Of a stretch of DNA of 64,000 nt, positions 51,345 through 59,973 are shown in pieces (positions within the stretch are counted from its first letter, which is position 1; each line of letters starts with the position of its first letter). Below the pieces are notes generated by a model. The model saw only the letters and a program-made list of their open reading frames with translations. It was not told where the DNA came from and made no database searches. The DNA lies in NCBI GenBank assembly GCA_963664825.1, contig OY761614.1, positions 32,001-96,000 of the forward strand. Direction: 5' to 3'. Position numbers and translations under genes: made by a program. This stretch comes from an uncultured Holophaga sp. Its GTDB lineage: Bacteria > Acidobacteriota > Holophagae > Holophagales > Holophagaceae.

Positions 51345-51370
51345 AAAAAAACAAAGAGCCACGGGGCTCT
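51345..51370 (-). terminator. Terminator-like hairpin with U-tract between dnaX and the subtilase
   Basis: Minus strand AGAGCC-CCGT-GGCTCT-TTGTTTTTTT. Confidence 0.55.
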
Positions 51371-51468
51371 CGGGAGAAGCTGGACCAGTTTAATGGATTT
51401 CTAATGCCACCACAACACAGAAGCGTCCATGACAAATGGCCTGATTTTCTAGAGGGAGCTGGGGCCCC

Positions 51469-53118
51469 TCATTCGGCTCGCCGTACTTCGATCACTTCGC
51501 CCTGGGTCTCCAGCAGAAGCCGCTGGAAGATTGCATCCTCCCGCAGGATCTCCTCGGGCCGCTCGTGAAGGCCCTCATCGAAGGTGATGGCGATGCGGGC
51601 CAGCCCCGGCAGGATCCTGCGCAGGGTCTCCAGCAGGTGGGGGTTGGCCAGTTCCCGTTCGAAATCCTGGACGGTGTGGCGCACATTGGGCGGGAAGAAG
51701 AAGTGCAGGATATGGCCGTTGAAATCCAGGGAGCGGGCCATGTGGGGGAGACTGCCCAGGGTGCGTGGAAGGCCCCTCGGAACGGCCTTCAGGGCCTCGG
51801 TGACAGCCCGACGCAGCTCCTCGAGGTTGGCGGGATCGGCCACAGGCCGGAGCGAAGGCTCAGGCCGGGGCTCAGGCTGGGGCTCAGGCTGGGGCTCAGG
51901 CTGGGGCTCAGGCTGGGGCTGGGGCAGAGATTGGGCTGGGAGGGCCGGAGGCCTCGCGGAACCGGGCTGGTTGTTAGGGGGAGCCGCCGCCCGGGTCGCG
52001 GTCCCCACCTCAGGGCGGCTGGGCCTCGGCGGAGAGCCCCCGACGCGCAACAGGGCATCCAGGGGAGCCAGATGGGGCAGCTGGGCCGCCGTCACCAGGG
52101 CCAGTTCCACCACCACCTGGGGCAGGCTGGAATCCCGCAGATCCCGCTCCCGCTGGAGCAGCAAGTGGAGCATGCGAGCCAGGCGCAGGATCTCCTGGGG
52201 GCCGGGGCTGCGGCGCACCTCGATCTCCAGACGATCCCGGAAGGCCAGCATCAGCTCGCGCCAGAAGCTGGTCCAATCCGTGCCGAGGGAGGCCAGGGCC
52301 GCGCACTCATCCAGGACCGCGCCCAAATCCCCGTTGAGGATGGCATTGAGGGCATTCTGGACGCGCACGGCCGGCACGATGCCCAGCTGTTCCCGCACCA
52401 GTTCCTCGATCACCTGCCCGTCTCCGGCGGCGATGACGCGATCCAGGGTGGTGAGCGCATCGCGCATGGAGCCCGTGCCCGCTTCAGCCAGGAGCCGCAG
52501 GGAGCCTTCATCGAAGGTAACCCCCTCCTGCTCGCAGACGTATTTGAGGCGGGATTCGATGAGGCCTACGGGAATGAGCCGGAAGGGGTAGATCTGCACC
52601 CTGCTCTTGATGGTGTCAGGCACATCCTGCAATTCGGTGGTGGCCAGCACGAAGACCGCGTGGGCGGGGGGTTCCTCGAGGATCTTCAGCAGCGCGTCGA
52701 AGGCGCTGCGACTGAGCATGTGGACTTCGTCGATGATATAGACCCGGTAGCGGCAAAAGGCGGGCCGCGTCTGGACCTGCTCCCGCAGGGCCCGGGCATC
52801 CTCCACGCTGGCGCGGCTGGCGGCGTCGATCTCGATGACATCCAGGTTCCGGTCCGGCTGTTCCCCGGCCACACAGGCATCGCAGACGCCGCAGGGCTCG
52901 GGCGTCGGGCCCTGGAAGCAATTGAGGGCCCGAGCCAGGATGCGGGCCGTGCTGGTCTTCCCCGTGCCGCGCACACCCGCGAAGAGGAAGGCCTGGTGGT
53001 GGATATGGCCCGAGACCTGGGCCCGGCGCAGGGCATTACCCAGGGCGCGGACACTGGCTTCCTGGCCCACCAGATCGGAGAGCAGATTGGGACGGTATTT
53101 GAGGGCGAGAGTCGTCAT
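51469..53118 (-). CDS. dnaX: DNA polymerase III subunit gamma/tau
   Basis: LALKYRP, GVRGTGKTS, PCGVCDAC, EIDAAS, IIDEVHML, LLKILEEPP, GSMRDAL. Confidence 0.96.
   Translation of the reverse strand: MTTLALKYRPNLLSDLVGQEASVRALGNALRRAQVSGHIHHQAFLFAGVRGTGKTSTARILARALNCFQGPTPEPCGVCDACVAGEQPDRNLDVIEIDAASRASVEDARALREQVQTRPAFCRYRVYIIDEVHMLSRSAFDALLKILEEPPAHAVFVLATTELQDVPDTIKSRVQIYPFRLIPVGLIESRLKYVCEQEGVTFDEGSLRLLAEAGTGSMRDALTTLDRVIAAGDGQVIEELVREQLGIVPAVRVQNALNAILNGDLGAVLDECAALASLGTDWTSFWRELMLAFRDRLEIEVRRSPGPQEILRLARMLHLLLQRERDLRDSSLPQVVVELALVTAAQLPHLAPLDALLRVGGSPPRPSRPEVGTATRAAAPPNNQPGSARPPALPAQSLPQPQPEPQPEPQPEPQPEPRPEPSLRPVADPANLEELRRAVTEALKAVPRGLPRTLGSLPHMARSLDFNGHILHFFFPPNVRHTVQDFERELANPHLLETLRRILPGLARIAITFDEGLHERPEEILREDAIFQRLLLETQGEVIEVRRAE
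51857..51925. repeat. 12-bp tandem repeat (GGCTCAGGCTGG x5 plus partial) encoding a PQPE linker in DnaX
   Basis: Read directly; translates to PQPQPEPQPEPQPEPQPEPRPEP. Confidence 0.9.
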
Positions 53119-53176
53119 GGAATCTGCATTGTCCCACGACTCCGGCCCCGGCATGGGGACCTCAGAGAATTTGGAT

Positions 53177-54076
53177 TCATAGCCCCTCGAAAAGGGAGGG
53201 CTGGAGGCAGGGCGGGAGGGGATGACCCACCGGCCCGGGGAGGGGCCGGGTCACCCGCCGACCATGGCGGATGACAGGAGGCATGGCGGCCCGCAGGGCC
53301 TCACGGACCTCGGCCTGGTAGGCCTTGTCCAGCACGTGCAGCCAGCCGTAGCGGACCAGGACCTGGTAGAAGGGATCCTTCTTCAGGAGGCGCAGGCCCC
53401 CCACCCAGGCGCTGCTGGCCCCGCTCAGCCTGGCCCGGCGGGCGAAGGCCTGGGGGTCCACCATGGCCATGAGGGGGGTGGCCGCGATGCTCACCTGGAC
53501 CCCGGCCGCAGTCAGGCGCTCCACCGCCGCCCAGCGGCTGGGGATGGGGGGAGCCTTGGGTTCGACGATCTGGCGCACCGTATCGTCATCGGTGGGGATG
53601 GAAAAGCCCACACTCAAGCGGCTTCCGAATTCCCGGAGGAGTTCCAGATCCTGGAGCACCAAGGGGGAACGCGTGTGCAGCAGGACGCGGGTGGTGGGGC
53701 ACTTCAGGAGCACCTCCAGGCAACCCCGGGTGAGGCGGAATTCCTTCTCCAAGGGCTGATAGGGATCCGTGGCGGAGGCCAGGAAGACCGATTGTTCATG
53801 GAGCCTGTGACGCTGGGACCAGAGCAGTTCGGGGGCATTGAGCTTGGGCGCCGACCAGAGGCCCCATTCCTCGGCCCCGTGCAGGGCGTTGGGATATTCC
53901 CGCACGTAGCAGTAGCGGCAGCCGTGCCCGCAGCCGCGATAGGGGCTGAGGGCGAACCCAAACCCGTAGCGTTCATCCCTCTGGGGGCGGAGGATGCTGC
54001 GGGCCTCCTCCGGCTCAATCAGGAGATCGTGGAAGAGGCGGGGAGCGGGTTCAAGAACAGATAGGAGGGCGACCAT
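53177..54076 (-). CDS. Radical SAM protein, spore-photoproduct-lyase-like (Rv2578c-type DNA-repair-associated)
   Basis: SPYRGCGHGCRYCY, ATDPYQPLE, LTRGCLE, TRSPLVLQD, EPKAPP. Confidence 0.9.
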   Translation of the reverse strand: MVALLSVLEPAPRLFHDLLIEPEEARSILRPQRDERYGFGFALSPYRGCGHGCRYCYVREYPNALHGAEEWGLWSAPKLNAPELLWSQRHRLHEQSVFLASATDPYQPLEKEFRLTRGCLEVLLKCPTTRVLLHTRSPLVLQDLELLREFGSRLSVGFSIPTDDDTVRQIVEPKAPPIPSRWAAVERLTAAGVQVSIAATPLMAMVDPQAFARRARLSGASSAWVGGLRLLKKDPFYQVLVRYGWLHVLDKAYQAEVREALRAAMPPVIRHGRRVTRPLPGPVGHPLPPCLQPSLFEGL

Positions 54077-54084
54077 GTCCCGAG

Positions 54085-54105
54085 TATTCGCTTTTTTTTC
54101 GAATA
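54085..54105. promoter_or_regulatory. Operator-like site (possible LexA box) upstream of the radical SAM gene
   Basis: TATTCGCTTTTTTTTCGAATA is both a TATTCG-N9-CGAATA palindrome and an ATTC-N7-TTTC direct repeat. Confidence 0.5.
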
Positions 54106-54106
54106 A

Positions 54107-55252
54107 TCAAGGGGCCACTTCGACCAATGCGAGTTCCCGTCCGAGTTGCTCATGCCATGGGCCTTTCGGAACCACCCGCAACAGGGCCTGAATGGCTCTG
54201 GAATGAGCCACAGGTAGGGCCTTGCTGGCTGGAACCGGAATGTCGGGAATGACGCCAACCCCCTCCCAGTTCTTTCCAGTGAGAGATGATCGGAAGCATC
54301 CGTTTGGAATGATTACTTCAAAACACGAATTGAGAATGCGAGACGGAGGAACCTGGTTCGCACCACCCCCTGTCGTCTCACCGATTACCTCGGCACGGTG
54401 CCGTTCCTGAAGCAGGAAGGCGACGCCTTCTCCACCAGAGAAGGTCCGTGGAGAGGTGAGCAAGAAGGTGGGGCGTGTGAGATCCCGGTTGGCCAATTTC
54501 CCGGATTCGCTCAGGAATCGGGATGGAATGGCAGGAGGGCGCGGGATCAGCTCAAACAAGGGTTCCCCTGGGCTGCCAAGGAAATAGCTCACGAAAAGCC
54601 CAAGCGTAGGGGTTGATCCCCCTCCGTGTTCACGAAGATCGACAATGAGGGCGTCCGTATGGCTTAGGAATGCCATGGCCTCCGCGAGCACTTCCCTGAC
54701 TTCCACCGGGCGGTAGAAGGCCGTGAGGCGCAAATAGCCCACATTCCCAGGCAGGATTTCCACCCTTTGCAGGCCGTAGTTCTCATGTTTCCCACGTTCT
54801 TCCCGGCTTTGAGCGGCAGTGGGTGCTGCCATGGGTTGCTGAGATTTCGGCACATCCAAGACGCGTATGGATAGGTGCTTATCCTTGGCCAAGGCATACA
54901 TCTCTGAGGTGAGAAGATCCGCAAGGGTTTTCACATCACGAGCAAGGCCATACCGTCCCGCGGCCAATCCTTCCCGCAAGGAGGACGCCACCTTGGCGCC
55001 TAATGCAGGATCGAAGTAATCCGTCTCCACGCAACAGGCAAGGGCTTCAATCGTTTTCCGGGTGAAGGCCAAATCGAACGCGGCTTGGTCACCTTCATTG
55101 GCCCCCTTAGTCAGGAGCTTGGCTGGAGGGGCGGAGAGGCTGGGAAACCCGGTCCCAACCGAAAGGAGGATGGCAAGAGCGGAGAAGATAGAATTTGGGC
55201 AAAGGCTCATGCGGGTCACCAAGTGCCATAGAGAGGAACCCGATTCTCCCAT
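54107..55252 (-). CDS. S41-family (IRBP-like) peptidase
   Basis: DKHL, ILPGNVGYLRL, ALIVDLREHGGG, TFSGGE, IGETTGGGA, NWEGVGVIPDI; start uncertain (55252 or 55210). Confidence 0.9.
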   Translation of the reverse strand: MGESGSSLWHLVTRMSLCPNSIFSALAILLSVGTGFPSLSAPPAKLLTKGANEGDQAAFDLAFTRKTIEALACCVETDYFDPALGAKVASSLREGLAAGRYGLARDVKTLADLLTSEMYALAKDKHLSIRVLDVPKSQQPMAAPTAAQSREERGKHENYGLQRVEILPGNVGYLRLTAFYRPVEVREVLAEAMAFLSHTDALIVDLREHGGGSTPTLGLFVSYFLGSPGEPLFELIPRPPAIPSRFLSESGKLANRDLTRPTFLLTSPRTFSGGEGVAFLLQERHRAEVIGETTGGGANQVPPSRILNSCFEVIIPNGCFRSSLTGKNWEGVGVIPDIPVPASKALPVAHSRAIQALLRVVPKGPWHEQLGRELALVEVAP

Positions 55253-55258
55253 GAGGGG

Positions 55259-55771
55259 TCATTTCCGGATGACATTGATCCTGCCATTGGATTCCAGGAT
55301 GGCCACCCGGACTTCCTCGATCTCGGTGAGACCCACCTGGCGGATGGCGGCCATCAGCTCGTGGCGGGAAATCTGCTCCCGGTCCAGGGCCGCCTCGAGG
55401 GGCACTCCGTCGTGCACCAGGATGCAGGGCCTGCCTTCGATGATCCGCGCCACCTTCTTGCTGCGGAAGGCGAGCCAGCTCACCAGGGCGTTCAGGGCCA
55501 CCAGGGTCAGCACCAGCACGAAGCCCCCGGCCACCGAGTTATCTCCGCCGTTCATGCTGTTCTGGACCGCATTGGAGAGCACCAGCAGGAGCACCAGGTC
55601 GAAGGTGGAGAGCTGGCCCACCTGGCGCTTGCCCGTGAGCCGCAGGACCAGCAGCAGGAAGCCGTACACCAGGAAGGCGCGGATCACGAACTCCCACCAG
55701 GGCTGGGTGGTCTTCCAGAGGCTCAAGCCCAGCGGCTGGGGCCCATCGAGGAGAATCGCAAGCACGGCCAT
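55259..55771 (-). CDS. DUF421 (YetF) family membrane protein
   Basis: LRLTGKRQVGQLSTFD, IEGRPCILVHDG, AILESNGRINVI; GGAGG SD before ATG 55771. Confidence 0.92.
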   Translation of the reverse strand: MAVLAILLDGPQPLGLSLWKTTQPWWEFVIRAFLVYGFLLLVLRLTGKRQVGQLSTFDLVLLLVLSNAVQNSMNGGDNSVAGGFVLVLTLVALNALVSWLAFRSKKVARIIEGRPCILVHDGVPLEAALDREQISRHELMAAIRQVGLTEIEEVRVAILESNGRINVIRK

Positions 55772-55836
55772 CAGGCCCTCCAGGTATGCACCGACCCCGC
55801 GGACGCAGGGCCGATGCACCACTCTACCGGGAGCTC

Positions 55837-56253
55837 CTACTTCTCGAAGGCCACCTTGAAGGAAACGGTGCCAATCTCCGCACCCTTCTCGGAGAGCACC
55901 TTGGCCGTCCAGTCCCCCTCATCTCCGGTCCGGAAGGTCCGGTAGGCGTGGGTCCGGTAGGGGGAATAGGGCACATCGAGCTCCTGTTTGAAGACCTCCT
56001 CCTCACCCTTGAAGAAAGCGAGGGTGATCTTCGATTCGGCACAACCGGAGACCCGGGTCCAGGCGAAGACCTTGGTCCCGGTGGGAATCGTGAAGGTGCC
56101 CGCTTCGCCTGTGATCTCCAGCTTCTCGACCCCCAGCCCAACCTTCATTTCTGCGGCTGGAGCCACTGCTTCGGCGCCCTGAGCGAAGGCCGGGCGGGCG
56201 TAGGCCAGAGCCACCAGACTGAGACCGGTCGCGAAAAGGATTCCCTTGCGCAT
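55837..56253 (-). CDS. Exported small beta protein, DUF2914-like
   Basis: Signal peptide; KVFAWTRV, YRTHAYR, GDWTAKV; AAGGAG SD. Confidence 0.78.
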   Translation of the reverse strand: MRKGILFATGLSLVALAYARPAFAQGAEAVAPAAEMKVGLGVEKLEITGEAGTFTIPTGTKVFAWTRVSGCAESKITLAFFKGEEEVFKQELDVPYSPYRTHAYRTFRTGDEGDWTAKVLSEKGAEIGTVSFKVAFEK

Positions 56254-56349
56254 GGGATGCTCCTTGAAAGGATGCACGGAACTATACCAGCGCCCCCTAG
56301 ACAGGGTGGGACTTCCCAAGGGGAATCTTTTACCTAGGTCCCCAAAAAA

Positions 56350-57486
56350 TCACGCGCCGTCCCGGCCTCCGAGGGCCTTTTCGATAGCCGACCAGTCCCA
56401 ATCCGATAGAGGAGGCACGGCCCCCTCCCGCTGATCCCGCTGGGAGAGCCAAGCATCGTAGACCACCAGCGCGCACATGGCCTCCGCCACGGGCACCACC
56501 CGGGGGGCGATGCAGGGGTCGTGGCGCCCCTGGATGGAAAGCTCCCGGGGGTGGCCCTCTCGATCGAGGGTCTGCTGGGGCTTCGCGATGGAGCTGGTGG
56601 GTTTTACCGCCAAACGCAGCACGACGGGGGCCCCGGTGGAGATCCCCCCCAGGATGCCTCCGGCATCGTTCTTGAGGGACCCCTCCGGTCCCAGGGGATC
56701 GTTGTGGGCCGAGCCCTTCATGCGGGCGCTCGCAAAGCCCGCACCCACCTCCACACCCTTGACTGCGCCGATGGTCATGCAGGCGTATGTGAGCAGCGCA
56801 TCGAGCTTGGCGAAGACCGGATCCCCCAGGCCGCAGGGGAGCCCCTCGATCCAGACCTCGCAGATGCCGCCCACGGAATCCCCTTGGGCCTTGGCGGCTT
56901 CCACGGCCCGCCTCTGGGCCGGGAAGGCCTGGTCATCGGCACTCCGCAGGGGGTTCCGCTCCACATAATCCCAATCCAGGGATGCGCAGGGGATACCCGC
57001 GATCTCCCGGTTGAAGCCCCGAATCCGGATTCCAAGCGTCCCCAGTTGCTGTTTGGCCCAGGCCCCAGCCGCCACCCGCGCCAGGGTCTCGCGTCCGCTG
57101 GAACGCCCCCCCCCTCGGAGGTCCCGAATGCCGTACTTCCCCTCGAAGGTCAGGTCCCCGTGCCCCGGACGGAAGACATCTTTCAGGGCCTCGTAATCGC
57201 CGCTGCGCTGGCCTTCATTGAAGACCACCAGGGCGATGGGATGGCCCGTGGTAAGGCCTTCGAAGACGCCTGACAGGACGCGAATGCGGTCGCCCTCCTG
57301 GCGGGAGGTCGCCAGCTCGGACTGGCCGGGGCGTCGCCGGTTCAGTTCGAGCTGGATGGCCTCCAGATCGAAAGGCAGTCCGGGTTTCACGCCATCCAAC
57401 ACCACGCCTACGGCCGGACCATGGCTCTCGCCGAAGGTCAGAATGCGGAAGGCACGGCCGAAGGAACTGGGAGACTCGAAGAGCAT
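56350..57486 (-). CDS. aroC: Chorismate synthase
   Basis: TFGESHG, RRRPGQ, RPGHGD, GGGRSSGRET, GDSVGG, GGILGGIS, KPTSSI, GRHDPC. Confidence 0.97.
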   Translation of the reverse strand: MLFESPSSFGRAFRILTFGESHGPAVGVVLDGVKPGLPFDLEAIQLELNRRRPGQSELATSRQEGDRIRVLSGVFEGLTTGHPIALVVFNEGQRSGDYEALKDVFRPGHGDLTFEGKYGIRDLRGGGRSSGRETLARVAAGAWAKQQLGTLGIRIRGFNREIAGIPCASLDWDYVERNPLRSADDQAFPAQRRAVEAAKAQGDSVGGICEVWIEGLPCGLGDPVFAKLDALLTYACMTIGAVKGVEVGAGFASARMKGSAHNDPLGPEGSLKNDAGGILGGISTGAPVVLRLAVKPTSSIAKPQQTLDREGHPRELSIQGRHDPCIAPRVVPVAEAMCALVVYDAWLSQRDQREGAVPPLSDWDWSAIEKALGGRDGA

Positions 57487-57512
57487 CCTTCCACTATAGG
57501 GGAGCTTTGAGA

Positions 57513-58085
57513 CTACTCGGGCTCCTGAACCTCGGCCTCGAGAGGTTCCTCGGGGATCCGCTTCACCAGCTTCGGCAGGGGCACAGCCGATGGGGTGGGC
57601 GCACTGGCGGTCCAGACGTAGCGTGTCCCGCGCTTCTGGCCCTGTTTGCTGATCAGTCCCTCCTGCTCCAGCTCCCCGAAGAGGCGGCGCAGGGTGGCGG
57701 GTGCCCAGTCGCAATCCTTCAGCCCCAGTTCCTCCTGGGCCTGGAAGCTGGAGAGGCCGCCCTGCTCCTGGAGCGCGGCCACCAACTGGCTCCGCAGTTC
57801 CACCAGCTCCTGCCGGTTCCGGCGCGCCTTGTTCTTGTAGGCCTCCCCAACAGGAACAGAAAGGGGAGCCTCCCGGGGTGCGGCTTCGAAACTAGGCGCG
57901 GGCGCCGCGTCCAGTTCGTGGACCATCCCCCCATCGAGATAGATCTCGGACCGGTCCGGCTGGAAGAGAATGACCACCGAGGAAGCCGGAACCCCTTCAC
58001 TGTGAAGGGATTCGATGATCCGGTCCCCGATCCGCTTCTTCTGACCAGCCGAGAGTACGGGGGCCTGAATAATGACCAAAGACAT
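57513..58085 (-). CDS. Tautomerase-like N-domain fused to a winged-helix domain
   Basis: MSLVIIQAPVLSAGQKKRIGDRIIESLHSEGVPASSVVILFQ...IYLDGG resembles the 4-OT fold; TLRRLFGELEQEGLISKQGQKRGTRY is wHTH-like; AAGGGAG SD. Confidence 0.75.
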   Translation of the reverse strand: MSLVIIQAPVLSAGQKKRIGDRIIESLHSEGVPASSVVILFQPDRSEIYLDGGMVHELDAAPAPSFEAAPREAPLSVPVGEAYKNKARRNRQELVELRSQLVAALQEQGGLSSFQAQEELGLKDCDWAPATLRRLFGELEQEGLISKQGQKRGTRYVWTASAPTPSAVPLPKLVKRIPEEPLEAEVQEPE

Positions 58086-58184
58086 ATCAACTCCCTTTTC
58101 AGACGGATATCCTCAAATTTATGCTCTTCGTCCCTGGGAGGCAAAGGCATTTTCATGATTAACACTCCTAAACCCGGAGAATCC

Positions 58185-58691
58185 ATGGGCCCCTTCGCTG
58201 AACCCCCCAAGGCACGACCCGCGGAAGAGCTCCGTTTCGAGGCCTTTCTCCGGAGCAAGAAGCTCAAGCTCACGGGCGAACGCCTCGCCATCCTGGCGGC
58301 GATCTTCCAGAGGGAGACCCACTTCGACGCGGAAGCCCTGCATGCTCAACTGCGCAAGGCGGGCGGGGACATCAGCCGAGCCACGGTCTATCGCACCCTC
58401 GACCTGCTGGTGCAGGCTGGACTGGTCCGCAAAAACAGCCTGGGCGCCAGCCACGCCAACTACGAAGCCGCCCACGGCAACGAGCACCACGATCATCTGA
58501 TCTGCCTGAACTGCAACGAGGTGGTGGAATTCTTCCGGCCGGATCTGGAAGCAATCCAGGCGGGAATCTGCCGCGACCATGGTTTCAAGCTGATCCACCA
58601 CAGCCTGCAGATCTTCGGACTCTGCTCGGCTTGCAAGGAGAAGGCCGACGAAGGTGTGATCCGCAACCGCGTGGCCCAGCTCCACACCTAA
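58185..58691 (+). CDS. fur: Fur-family transcriptional regulator
   Basis: KLTGER, HFDAE, ISRATVYRTL, HHDHLICLNC, FGLCSAC; GGAG SD (alternative start 58155). Confidence 0.93.
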   Translation: MGPFAEPPKARPAEELRFEAFLRSKKLKLTGERLAILAAIFQRETHFDAEALHAQLRKAGGDISRATVYRTLDLLVQAGLVRKNSLGASHANYEAAHGNEHHDHLICLNCNEVVEFFRPDLEAIQAGICRDHGFKLIHHSLQIFGLCSACKEKADEGVIRNRVAQLHT

Positions 58692-58695
58692 GAAG

Positions 58696-58816
58696 GTGCA
58701 CTCCCGGTAGCCTGCCCCAGAAGGGGGTGCGACGAGGACACAGGAGGCGGCATAGAGCAGCGCGAACCAGGCTCGCCCACAGGGCGAACTGGGGCGTGCT
58801 GCGTCCGGGAGTGCCC
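58696..58816 (+). other. Multi-stem structured intergenic element (family B), copy 2
   Basis: Closing stem GCACTCCCGG (58698-707)/CCGGGAGTGC (58805-814); shares TAGCC, GGCRTAGAGCRGCGC, CAGGCT, AACTG and GTGCTGCG with 33439-33540. Confidence 0.7.
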
Positions 58817-58821
58817 GATAT

Positions 58822-58842
58822 GAAGGTGCACTCCCGGTAGCC
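58822..58842 (+). repeat. Exact 21-nt direct repeat of 58692-58712
   Basis: GAAGGTGCACTCCCGGTAGCC at both positions. Confidence 0.9.
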
Positions 58843-58905
58843 GCCGACCCGAGCCGTTGCGTCCTCTTTCCCTTGCAGGGGAAAATCCTGCTAGGCTGCT
58901 CAGTT

Positions 58906-59973
58906 ATGCCAAAACTCACGATTCAGGACCTCCAACGCCTCCCCAAGACGGATCTGCACGTGCATCTCGACGGCAGCCTCCGCATCCAGACCATCCTCGA
59001 TCTCGCCGAAGCGCAGAAGGTCAAACTGCCCGGGGATTCCCCAGAAACGCTCCGCCCCTTCGTCGAAGTGGCCGATGACTGCAAGTCCCTGGTGGAGTAT
59101 CTCAAGGCCTTCGACGTCACCCTCTCCGTGATGCAGACCTACGAGTCCCTCGTGCGCACGGCCTTCGAGCTGGCCGAGGATGCCGCCAAGGAAAACGTCC
59201 GCTACATGGAGGTGCGCTACAGCCCCATCCTCCATCAGCAGAAGGGCATGACGCTCCACAGCATCGTCCAGGCCGTGCTGGAAGGCTTGGCCCTGGCCGA
59301 GAAGAAATACGACATCAAGACCGGCGTCATCCTCTGCGGCATGCGCCACATCAGCCCCGAGATCAGCCTCAAGCTGGCCGACCTGACGGTGGCCTTCAAG
59401 AATAAGGGCGTCGTCGGTTTCGACCTGGCGGGCGCGGAAGTGGACTTCCCCGCCAAGCGCCACAAGGACGCCTTCGGCCGGGTGCTGGCCAATAACATCA
59501 ATTGCACCCTGCACGCCGGAGAAGCCTACGGCCCCGAGAGCATCCACCAGGCCATCCACCTCTGCGGCGCCCATCGCATCGGCCACGGTGTGCGACTGGT
59601 GGAGGATGGAGATCTCCTCAACTACGTCAATGACCACCGCATCCCCCTGGAATGCTGCCCCAGCAGCAATGTGCAGACCAAGGCCGTCAAGCGGATGGCC
59701 GACCATCCCATCCGTCTCTTCTACGACCTGGGTCTGCGGGTCACGGTCAACACCGATAACCGCATGGTGACCAACACCACCATGAGCCGAGAGTATCTGG
59801 TGCTCCACGAGCAACTGAACTTCTCCCTGGAAGAGATCAAAGAGCTCATCATCATGGGCTTCAAGAGCGCCTTCCTGCCCTATGCTATCAAGCGCGCCCT
59901 CCTCGCCGACGTGGTGCATGAGCTCAAGGCCTTCAAGCCCAAGAGCCTGGAGAGCAAGAAGGAGCAGTTGTAG
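58906..59973 (+). CDS. add: Adenosine deaminase
   Basis: PKTDLHVHLDGS, YMEVRYSP, GFDLAGAE, HAGE, RIGHGV, ECCPSSN, VNTDN. Confidence 0.95.
   Translation: MPKLTIQDLQRLPKTDLHVHLDGSLRIQTILDLAEAQKVKLPGDSPETLRPFVEVADDCKSLVEYLKAFDVTLSVMQTYESLVRTAFELAEDAAKENVRYMEVRYSPILHQQKGMTLHSIVQAVLEGLALAEKKYDIKTGVILCGMRHISPEISLKLADLTVAFKNKGVVGFDLAGAEVDFPAKRHKDAFGRVLANNINCTLHAGEAYGPESIHQAIHLCGAHRIGHGVRLVEDGDLLNYVNDHRIPLECCPSSNVQTKAVKRMADHPIRLFYDLGLRVTVNTDNRMVTNTTMSREYLVLHEQLNFSLEEIKELIIMGFKSAFLPYAIKRALLADVVHELKAFKPKSLESKKEQL

Noticed and set aside
51469..53118. Programmed frameshift in dnaX producing a gamma subunit
   Set aside because: No A-AAA-AAG slippery site or long A-run seen; the ORF is continuous
58086..58184. 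Fur box in the divergent promoter region
   Set aside because: AT-rich patches are present but there is no convincing 7-1-7 inverted repeat
58692..58905. Purine riboswitch upstream of add
   Set aside because: Core motifs of the purine aptamer (UAUAAU...GAUAUGG...GUUUCUAC...CCGUAAA) are absent
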